Assembly (NCBI GenBank): GCA_034718535.1 | Contig: JAYEMX010000044.1 | Location: 1 to 36,971, forward strand | Direction of reading: 5' to 3' | Length of the DNA stretch: 36,971 nt | Origin: Patescibacteria group bacterium | GTDB lineage: Bacteria; Patescibacteriota; Microgenomatia; UBA1400; CG1-02-47-37 | Shown here: positions 18,272 through 24,927 of the stretch, piece by piece | How the letters are laid out: each line of letters begins with the position of its first letter | How positions within the stretch are numbered: position 1 is the first letter of the stretch | The notes under the pieces: model-generated | Database searches by the model: none | What the model was told of the DNA's origin: nothing | Seen by the model: only the letters and a program-made list of their open reading frames with translations | Program-made: the position numbers and the translations under genes

Positions 18272-19075
18272 CTAAAAATGAAGTTGAGAAAGAGCGGTTT
18301 TGATTTGATTGATTTTAGCTGAATTTAAGCCGATATTTTGAAGTTGTTTTTCTTTAAGTTGGCTTAAATCTTGACATAAAACCAGATTGTTTTGAAATAA
18401 AAGCTTAAGATCGTGGGGAGATAAAAAGTTAAAGCAAGTTAAGGGGTGAAGATTGTGTTTTTCGATTAACTGCTCCAAACTCCCCTGCTTTGGATAATTC
18501 CAAGCAAGTAAATCCATTTTTTTACAACTACCATATTTAATGGCACTGGTAGTTAATCTGGTATTGGTAACTAGCCAAACTTTATTAAAGTCTTTTTTTA
18601 AGTCTTCAAATCTGGCTTGGGTATAAAGAGCTTCCTTGACTCTGGTTTTTATCCCTTGACGATTATGAAATTTACACTCAACTAAATGAACTTGATTATC
18701 TTTTTTGGCAATAATATCAATTTCGTGTTCTATGCACTTGCCCTTCATCATAGTTTGGGTTTGAGTGGTGTAACCAAGCTTATCTAGTAGCCTAGCTATG
18801 AAGTTTTCAAAAGGATAGCCGGAAGGGCCTAAATTAAAAAGGGCGTTTTTTAAAGAATAACGATATTCTTGTCCGGATTGATACTGATTTAAAAGATTAA
18901 AAACTAGTTTATATATTTCTTTGGTGGTAATAGTGCCGTGAAGTTGATTGGTTAAAGAAATTAAAATTTTATTGATTACATCTGGTTTGGCTCCAACTCT
19001 TTTAAGTGAATTTCTAATTTTGGTTTCATCAAATTTCTCTTTTTTGCCCGAAGCTTTTAGAACAACAATAGCCAT
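18272..19075 (-). CDS. ATP-cone domain fused to a Mrr-like PD-(D/E)xK restriction-endonuclease domain
   Basis: The N-terminus VLKASGKKEKFDE.KI..SL.R.GA......I has an ATP-cone pattern. It is followed by FE.F.A.LL..LGY......M.KGKC.EHEIDIIAKKD.QVHLVECKFH (D...E-x-K nuclease core). Confidence 0.7.
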   Translation of the reverse strand: MAIVVLKASGKKEKFDETKIRNSLKRVGAKPDVINKILISLTNQLHGTITTKEIYKLVFNLLNQYQSGQEYRYSLKNALFNLGPSGYPFENFIARLLDKLGYTTQTQTMMKGKCIEHEIDIIAKKDNQVHLVECKFHNRQGIKTRVKEALYTQARFEDLKKDFNKVWLVTNTRLTTSAIKYGSCKKMDLLAWNYPKQGSLEQLIEKHNLHPLTCFNFLSPHDLKLLFQNNLVLCQDLSQLKEKQLQNIGLNSAKINQIKTALSQLHF

Positions 19076-19076
19076 A

Positions 19077-19835
19077 CTATATATGATAAGGGACTTTGGT
19101 TTTAAAATCGACTGTTAATAATCTTTTGGTTATTTTATCAAGCAAAGTTTTATCATAACCTTGCTTAATAATTTCTTTGGGTTTAATTTTTTTATCAATT
19201 AGAAGTTTTAAAATAGGATCGGCTTTGAGATATGAAAAACCAAGTTCTTTTTCATCGGTTTGATCTTTCCAAAGACCGGCCGAAGGGGCTTGAGAAATAA
19301 TTTTGGGGGGAATTTTTAAATATTTTGCCAGTTTAATTATTTGAAGTTTATAGAGGTGAGAAATAGGATTAATATCCGAAGCCTCATCACCAAAACGAGT
19401 GTAATAGCCAAGAAGTTTTTCTGATTTGTTTTCGGTGCCAATGACAAGAGTTTTAAGTTTTTTAGATTGATCAAAAAGACAGGTCATTCGGGTTCTAGCT
19501 AAAATATTACCAAAACGAAGTCGGTTTTTTTTAGCATTTAGTTTAATAGCCAGTTTGTCTACCGAGCGAGAAAGTTTGATAATTATTTTTTGATTGGTGG
19601 GAATTTTTAATTGGTTGATAATAAGAGTTGAATAATAGATTGATTGTCGTTTATATGGTAGTTCAAGAGTATAGATATTATCTTTTCCTAAAGCATTAAC
19701 AGCTAAAGCTAAAGCAACAGAAGAATCAATGCCTCCAGAGACAGCCACTATTCCTTTTTTAAAACCTTGGGATTTAAATGTGGTTTTTAAAAAATCAGTA
19801 ATTTTTTTTACTTCTTTGGCTGGGTTAATTTCCAT
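19077..19835 (-). CDS. nadE: NH3-dependent NAD+ synthetase
   Basis: GIVAVSGGIDSSVALALAV (PP-loop SGGxDS), ...GTENKSE.LLGY.T.FGD. The minus strand has a TATAAT box 7 nt upstream of the ATG. Confidence 0.85.
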   Translation of the reverse strand: MEINPAKEVKKITDFLKTTFKSQGFKKGIVAVSGGIDSSVALALAVNALGKDNIYTLELPYKRQSIYYSTLIINQLKIPTNQKIIIKLSRSVDKLAIKLNAKKNRLRFGNILARTRMTCLFDQSKKLKTLVIGTENKSEKLLGYYTRFGDEASDINPISHLYKLQIIKLAKYLKIPPKIISQAPSAGLWKDQTDEKELGFSYLKADPILKLLIDKKIKPKEIIKQGYDKTLLDKITKRLLTVDFKTKVPYHI

Positions 19836-19864
19836 AAGTTAAATTATACCTTATGATAAAAAAA

Positions 19865-20228
19865 TTAACCGATAACATTTTTACCTTCTATGACTATTCT
19901 TTCCACCTTACCATACAGTTTCCAACCCTTAAACGGTGTCCAGCCACTTGTGCTTTGATGCTTTTTTAAATTCTTTTAAGTTCTTGCCATTGGTGCCAAA
20001 ATGAAATCCAATCATACACTTTGACTTTTTTTCAGCCAGTTTGATTTTATCTAATAATCGTTTATAACTGACTGTAGGAATTGGGTTATTAGGCATATCT
20101 AATATCATGCCAAATCCACCAGCCACAGCTGCCTCAGAACCAGTGGTAAAATCTTCTTTTTCAATCGCCCCTGGTTCTCTTAAATGCACATGAACATCTA
20201 TTAAAGGCGGCCATCTTAATTTTGTCAT
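19865..20228 (-). pseudogene. pyrC: dihydroorotase remnant (N-terminal ~95 codons plus C-terminal ~20 codons, middle deleted, frames differ)
   Basis: The N-terminal fragment reads [14 protein letters not shown]......[20 protein letters not shown]. From 19927-19865, in another frame, my own translation gives GWKLYGKVERIVIEGKNVIG*, a typical amidohydrolase C-terminus. About 300 codons of a normal DHOase are absent. Confidence 0.7.
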
Positions 20229-20231
20229 ACT

Positions 20232-21188
20232 TTAGCCTTTTAAAATCGCTTCTAAAAGCGCCATCCTTACATAAAGACCTGATCTCATTTGCGGAAAATA
20301 TTTGGCTCGTTTATCGTCATCGACTTCATACATAATTTCCCCGACCCTAGGCAATGGATGCATTATCATAGCTTTTTTCTTCATCGTGTTTACCATATGC
20401 CTGGTTAAGATAAACTTACCTTTTAACCTTTCATACTCATCCAGCTTACCAGCTTTTTCAAACCATTCCTTTTGCACTCTTGTCATATACACCACATCTG
20501 CTTTAGGTAATACTTTAGATAAGTTGTCGGTTTCTGAAATTTTTACTTTTTTACTCAAATCCTTGACATATTTTCTTGGAGCCATTAACTCTTTAGGTGA
20601 TACAAAAATAAATTTATTTTTCCTTCCGGTCACTGTTAATACTTTTGCCAATGACTTAATCGTTCTACCATACAACAAATCACCTACCATTGCCACGTTT
20701 AAACCATCCATTTTCTTATGATGATTATAAATAGTATACAAATCCAATAATGCCTGAGTAGGATGTTCTTTGGTCCCAGAACCTCCATTTATTATTGGCA
20801 CATTAGATATTGAAGCTGCCACCTCAGACGAATTATTCTCTGGGTGTCTAATCACCACTGCATCTGCTCCGGTAGTTTGATGAATACTTTTAATCGTATC
20901 CTCTAAAGACTCTCCTTTAGCTACGCTAGAATATTGAGTCATTCCATGAATCGCTATTGTATAGGCTCCTAATCTTCGTGCTGCTGCTTCAAATGAGGAA
21001 AAAGTTCTGGTTGAGGGTTGATAAAATAAAATCGCTACTGTCATGCCTTTTAATGGTTCATAAACATTATGTGTCTCTACATTTTTTTTCATTACATCAA
21101 CTTTTTTAAACAACTCTTTAATCTGTGATTTTCTTTTAATTTGATCCACAGTAATATATGATTGTTTATAAATCCATGATTTTTTCAT
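20232..21188 (-). CDS. pyrB: aspartate carbamoyltransferase catalytic subunit
   Basis: FYQPSTRTFSSFE, GTKEHPTQALLD, and IMHPLPR...E, the ATCase signatures. Confidence 0.9.
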   Translation of the reverse strand: MKKSWIYKQSYITVDQIKRKSQIKELFKKVDVMKKNVETHNVYEPLKGMTVAILFYQPSTRTFSSFEAAARRLGAYTIAIHGMTQYSSVAKGESLEDTIKSIHQTTGADAVVIRHPENNSSEVAASISNVPIINGGSGTKEHPTQALLDLYTIYNHHKKMDGLNVAMVGDLLYGRTIKSLAKVLTVTGRKNKFIFVSPKELMAPRKYVKDLSKKVKISETDNLSKVLPKADVVYMTRVQKEWFEKAGKLDEYERLKGKFILTRHMVNTMKKKAMIMHPLPRVGEIMYEVDDDKRAKYFPQMRSGLYVRMALLEAILKG

Positions 21189-21202
21189 AATTATTTTCCT
21201 TT

Positions 21203-22129
21203 TTATCTACTATTTTTTAATAACCATAACATTAAACCCTTTTGGGCGTGCAGCCTATTTTCTGCCTCTTTAAACACCACTGACTGGGGTCCATCAATCA
21301 CCGCTGAAGCTACCTCCTTTTCCCTATAAGCCGGTAGACAATGCATAAATATGGCTTGTTTTTTAGCCAAACTCATTAACTTTTCAGTTACCTGATACTT
21401 TGGAAAAATCTTTAGTCTTTTTTTCTTTTCAGCTTCCAAGCCCATACTAATCCAAGTGTCAGTTACTACTACATCTGCCTTTTTAATCGCTTTTTTAGGA
21501 TCATCAGTTTCCACCACCTTGCCTTTGTATTGTTTGGTTTCTCGTACTACCTTTCGGTTCATTTCATAACCTTTAGGTGAACCGCATCTAAATTCATTAC
21601 CAAGCATGGCTGACATTAATGCCAAAGAATGAGTCACATTATTATCTCCATCACCTAAATAAGCTACCACTAATTTTTTATATCTGCCTAATTCTTCCCA
21701 AATAGTTAAATAATCAGCCAAGATTTGACATGGATGTTCCAAGTCTGATAAACCATTAATTACTGGCACGGTTGATCCTTTGGCTAGTTCTTCCACAGTT
21801 TCATGTTTAAAAGTTCTGGCAAAAATTAAATCTGCCATTGAACTACTAACAATTCCTACATCACTGGCTGATTCTCTTTTCCCCATTTGAATATCATCAG
21901 GGCTTAAATAAATCGAATGACCCCCAAGTTGAGTCATGCCAATGTCAAAAGAAATTCTGGTTCTCAAAGACGGCTTTTCATAGATTGATACTAATGTCTT
22001 TTGCTTTAACACTGGTTTATTTTTACCTTTAATTTTAAGCTCTTTCTTTAATTTCTTAGACAGTTTTAATATTTCTTCTAATTCTTTAGTAGAAAAATCA
22101 TTTATTCTCAAACAATGCCTAACTTTCAT
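21203..22129 (-). CDS. argF: ornithine carbamoyltransferase
   Basis: YEKPSLRTRISFD, DLEHPCQILAD, GDGDNNVTHS, and FMHCLPA, the OTCase signatures. Confidence 0.9.
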   Translation of the reverse strand: MKVRHCLRINDFSTKELEEILKLSKKLKKELKIKGKNKPVLKQKTLVSIYEKPSLRTRISFDIGMTQLGGHSIYLSPDDIQMGKRESASDVGIVSSSMADLIFARTFKHETVEELAKGSTVPVINGLSDLEHPCQILADYLTIWEELGRYKKLVVAYLGDGDNNVTHSLALMSAMLGNEFRCGSPKGYEMNRKVVRETKQYKGKVVETDDPKKAIKKADVVVTDTWISMGLEAEKKKRLKIFPKYQVTEKLMSLAKKQAIFMHCLPAYREKEVASAVIDGPQSVVFKEAENRLHAQKGLMLWLLKNSR

Positions 22130-22140
22130 AATTTACTCCT

Positions 22141-22163
22141 AAAAAAAACACCCTTCCGGGTGT
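22141..22163 (-). terminator. intrinsic-terminator-like hairpin immediately upstream of the argF RBS
   Basis: The minus strand reads ACACCC-GGAA-GGGUGU followed by U8, then AGGAGU and the ATG (22129) within 12 nt. Confidence 0.6.
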
Positions 22164-22243
22164 TTAATTATTATTTTTTACTTGGTGCTGCAGTTTTTTT
22201 ATTTTTCATTTTTAAAAAAAGAGCTGTTGGGCTCTAGGATTTA

Positions 22244-22272
22244 ACTATATTTAGCTTTAAAAAATTTGTCAA
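22244..22272 (-). promoter_or_regulatory. candidate sigma70-type promoter for the argF-pyrB transcript
   Basis: The minus strand reads TTGACA (22272-22267), a 17-nt spacer, then TATAGT (22249-22244). Confidence 0.5.
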
Positions 22273-22282
22273 TCCCCAATTA

Positions 22283-22325
22283 TTTTTTAAAACCTTGGGA
22301 TTTAAATTAAGTTAAATTATACCTT
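22283..22325. repeat. second copy of the nadE 5' end and promoter, with the start codon region deleted
   Basis: 22283-22307 is identical to 19755-19779 (25 nt). 22308-22325 is identical to 19835-19852 (18 nt). The 55 nt between them in nadE (19780-19834) are absent here. Confidence 0.85.
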
Positions 22326-22545
22326 GTTATCCGTCGTATTTCTCCTGCTTTGCAGGAGCGTTGCCTTCGGCAATCCTCCGTCACTAGCTTCATGTCCTTT
22401 GATCGGTAGGCTACTATTGCCAGCAAAATTTTATACTCCCTCCATCTACTCTTAGGGCTTCCTTGGACAAACGCAATCTGTTTATGTGGGTTTGAAAAAA
22501 GTTGCCAGGGGTCTTGCACATACCAGCATTTAAGCCTAATATACT
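22326..22545 (-). pseudogene. short 23S-rRNA-like (domain V) relic; not a functional rRNA
   Basis: GC-enriched block. The minus strand carries, in order, GCAAGACCCC, GUAGAUGGAGGGAG, GCUGGCA..GUAGCCUACCGAUCAAA, AGUGACGGAGGA..CGAAGG, the CUCCUGCAAAGCAGGAG hairpin, and CGACGGAUAACAAGGUAU. This follows the order of conserved E. coli 23S strings as I recall them, but the block is much shorter. The 70-aa track ORF here looks spurious. Confidence 0.45.
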
Positions 22546-22552
22546 CTTATGA

Positions 22553-22732
22553 GTGAAATTAGGTAGCAACCCAACATTAAAGCTATTCAGAACAAGGTTT
22601 TATAGTCTAGGGCTTCAAATTAGATTAGCTGCTAAAAATGTTATAGATGAGTTAGAATATAAAGCTTTGGTTCCTAAAAAAAAGATACTGAAGTCTTTAA
22701 AAATGCAAAAGCCTTTGGTGGCGAAACTTTAA
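22553..22732 (+). CDS. possible short upstream ORF (orfA) ending beyond an A_AAA_AAG slippery site
   Basis: The frame is open from a GTG at 22553 to a TAA at 22730-22732 (VKLGSNPTLKLFRTRFYSLGLQIRLAAKNVIDELEYKALVPKKKILKS...). There is no clear RBS, so the start is uncertain. Confidence 0.3.
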   Translation: MKLGSNPTLKLFRTRFYSLGLQIRLAAKNVIDELEYKALVPKKKILKSLKMQKPLVAKL

Positions 22733-22812
22733 GTTTTTTAGCAGATAATCTAACAACAAAACTTAAACCCGTTAAACCCACTAAAGATCAAATTGAAGTA
22801 TTTCGATCTTTA

Positions 22813-23373
22813 ATGGATAGCGTTGCAAATGGAACACTGTTTCTAGTCTCCTCAGAAGGAGTGGTTGACAAGAAAAAAGGACCGTTTTTAACACAACACT
22901 ACAAAGCTTGCGCCGATGCAGAGGGAAAGTCAGTTCACCAGAAAGCAAATTTGTTGAACAGTAAGCATGTCAACATGATGGTTAGGTGGGGTGTAAATGA
23001 ACCATTCCCGTGTGGATTATCAATATGGGGACGAGTCGGTATAAAACCAACACAGTCAATTAATTTTATAACATTTCCCAAACAACCACTTACTGCTAAA
23101 GATGCTCAAAAAACACTTCAAATACCTGAAGTTGATGGTAAATCGACTCAAACAGTTGGTGTTTTTAATCAAGGAAAGAGGATTATCATTAGTCGTAAAG
23201 GTGTGTATAAAGGCAAAAAAATATCCATGGTTAATCAATTTCACTTAATTGGATCTTTTGATGGAAAAGAAACAGGTAGAACTTATTGGATGTATGGAAG
23301 CAATGGGGCTAATAATAAAACGACAGTTACACCAGTTGTAAAAGCTTATGGACTAGTTCCTAATAAAGTTTAA
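22813..23373 (+). CDS. hypothetical protein (frame is open upstream to 22678; may be expressed as a frameshift fusion)
   Basis: A 186-aa ORF with no motif I recognise. The same frame continues upstream as ..DTEVFKNAKAFGGETLSFLADNLTTKLKPVKPTKDQIEVFRSL before the first Met. Confidence 0.5.
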   Translation: MDSVANGTLFLVSSEGVVDKKKGPFLTQHYKACADAEGKSVHQKANLLNSKHVNMMVRWGVNEPFPCGLSIWGRVGIKPTQSINFITFPKQPLTAKDAQKTLQIPEVDGKSTQTVGVFNQGKRIIISRKGVYKGKKISMVNQFHLIGSFDGKETGRTYWMYGSNGANNKTTVTPVVKAYGLVPNKV

Positions 23374-23427
23374 GCAAAAAATAAACTCTTTACCCTCCCC
23401 AATTTTTCAGTCTAATATATTACCTAG

Positions 23428-23588
23428 ATGAAACTCACTCGTAAATTCTCAACTTCCGGTAAATACTCCAAAGCCTTAAATCTTCCCCGCGAATTCTTGA
23501 AAATCTTAAAATGGCGACAAAATCAGAACTTAACCATTGAGTTATAGACAAAAAGAACAAGAGATTAATCATCAAAGATGCTAAGTGA
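23428..23588 (+). pseudogene. AbrB/SpoVT(MazE)-like antitoxin-type gene, interrupted by a stop and a 1-nt frameshift
   Basis: Own translation gives MKLTRKFSTSGKYSKALNLPREFLKILKWRQNQNLTIEL*. The next frame, from 23547, reads DKKNKRLIIKDAK*. Together these form a typical swapped-hairpin AbrB-fold sequence. Confidence 0.45.
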
Positions 23589-23765
23589 TATTAAGCAACA
23601 AACCGTGGGCGCACCTGGCCAGGCACGTGCCAATTTGCAGTTATGTGACCCTAACGACATTCAGCTTGAACCAATTTTAGAAAGACTCGAGAAGTTGCGT
23701 CTTATTCATGATCAGAAATAAGAGCGAAAGTAACTAGTAGCGATTTAGACGTTGACTTAAGATAC

Positions 23766-24698
23766 TTATTTGGCAAGAAGTTTGTAACCTTCAAAAATAG
23801 CATCGAGGATAAAGGATGTTAGTGGAATATGATTTGTTTTTACTTGTGACTCTCCTAAATAAGTATAATAAGCCTGCTTTTTCTCTTTTTTGATCAATAT
23901 TGGAGCTATAGTATATTTGAAAGCGAGAATGAGCATTAACAATCGACCAACTCTTCCATTTCCATCAGAAAAGGGGTGAATTTGCTCGAACCGAGCATGA
24001 GTTTGAGCTATCTGCTCTACTTGAGTAAGTAAATCCTTCTGCAGCTGATTAAATTCATCAATATATTCGCTCATGTGTTTATCAATACTCATATGGTTTG
24101 AGGTTGGAATATTTGCCCCAGCAATTCGAACATTGTGATTTCGGTATTCGCCAGCATTATGCATAATTCCATTCATGAGTATTTGATGAATGTGTTTTAT
24201 AAACTCTTCGTCAATAAAATTATTATCATCTCTAATCCATCTCATCACAAAACCTAATGCGCCTTGATGATTCTTTGCTTCTTGATGTTCACGAACGCTT
24301 TTATTGGGTATGGTTACGTCGTCAAACAGTACTGCTTTTACATCTGGTCCGTTGAATGTGCTACCCTCAATACTATTAGAGTGGTAGGTAAGAGAAAGAA
24401 GAAAGTCATCATATATATCTTTCTTTGTCAAAAGTACAGAAAACGGATCTGAAAACTGTTTTTTTAGTTGCTGAAGTTTTTCAATTTTTTTATCTAATTC
24501 ATCTATTCCAATGGAAATATCACCAAAAGTTTCAAGATACAGAGAATTTATTTTTTCTACAGCTTTTTTTCTAGGCTGACTTTTCCCATTTATCCAACTG
24601 TTTAGTGTGGGAAAAGATACATCAAGATCACGTGCGAGATCCTCTTGAGTTTTACCGCTATATTTTTGAATTTTTTGTAACTTTTGTGTGATAGTCAT
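23766..24698 (-). CDS. XRE-type HTH fused to a Fic/DOC domain (AMPylase family)
   Basis: KTQEDLARDLDVSFPTLNSWINGKSQP (HTH_XRE), and the canonical Fic motif HPFSDGNGRVGRL. The track start at 24734 is a TTG inside the promoter, so the ATG at 24698 is preferred. Confidence 0.85.
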   Translation of the reverse strand: MTITQKLQKIQKYSGKTQEDLARDLDVSFPTLNSWINGKSQPRKKAVEKINSLYLETFGDISIGIDELDKKIEKLQQLKKQFSDPFSVLLTKKDIYDDFLLSLTYHSNSIEGSTFNGPDVKAVLFDDVTIPNKSVREHQEAKNHQGALGFVMRWIRDDNNFIDEEFIKHIHQILMNGIMHNAGEYRNHNVRIAGANIPTSNHMSIDKHMSEYIDEFNQLQKDLLTQVEQIAQTHARFEQIHPFSDGNGRVGRLLMLILAFKYTIAPILIKKEKKQAYYTYLGESQVKTNHIPLTSFILDAIFEGYKLLAK

Positions 24699-24705
24699 GA
24701 GATTG

Positions 24706-24745
24706 ATTATAGATAACTTTATAAAGAAAGTCAATCTTTATAAAG
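24706..24745 (-). promoter_or_regulatory. near-consensus promoter with two CTTTATAAAG palindromes (candidate autoregulatory operators); leaderless fic mRNA
   Basis: The minus strand reads TTGACT (24734-24729), a 17-nt spacer, TATAAT (24711-24706), then 7 nt and the ATG. The CTTTATAAAG palindromes lie at 24717-24726 (in the spacer) and 24736-24745 (just upstream of the -35). Confidence 0.5.
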
Positions 24746-24803
24746 TTTTGAAGAATATATCGTTTTAAACAATGCCGAACATTGCTACGTTGCCTGCCTA
24801 TTG

Positions 24804-24876
24804 TGACCCTACGCGGAATCGAACCGCGCTTTCTAGGATGAGAACCTAGTGTCCTAAGCCGATAGACGATAGGGCC
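24804..24876 (-). tRNA. tRNA-Glu (anticodon CUC), no encoded CCA
   Basis: The minus strand reads GGCCCUA-UC-GUCU-AUCGGCUUA-GGAC-A-CUAGG-UUCUCAU-CCUAG-AAAG-CGCGG-UUCGAUU-CCGCG-UAGGGUC-A. It folds as a full cloverleaf, 73 nt. Confidence 0.85.
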
Positions 24877-24927
24877 AACCGGCTTAAATATAATAAATAA
24901 GCCGGTTTTTAATTTTTGAATTAAAAA

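Noticed and set aside
22171-22209. 12-codon mini-ORF (MKNKKTAAPSKK) in the argF leader as an attenuation leader peptide.
   Set aside because: It has no Shine-Dalgarno and contains no Arg or pyrimidine-related regulatory codons, so it is probably fortuitous.
22307-22519. 70-aa minus-strand ORF (MQDPWQLF...).
   Set aside because: It has no RBS and a non-protein-like composition. It coincides with the GC-rich rRNA-like block, so it is better explained as RNA-derived sequence.
23644-23653. TGTGACCCTA also occurs at the 3' end and flank of tRNA-Glu (24802-24811), which could be att-site remnants delimiting a Fic island.
   Set aside because: Only 10 nt are identical, with no integrase and no longer flanking similarity. 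The match is marginal against chance in a window of this size.
24877-24920. Hairpin ACCGGCTTA...TAAGCCGGT followed by a T-run, as a plus-strand terminator.
   Set aside because: No plus-strand gene ends here. On the minus strand (downstream of the RRM gene) it lacks a U-run. It may still act as a weak or bidirectional terminator or a processing stem next to the tRNA, but I cannot support a call.
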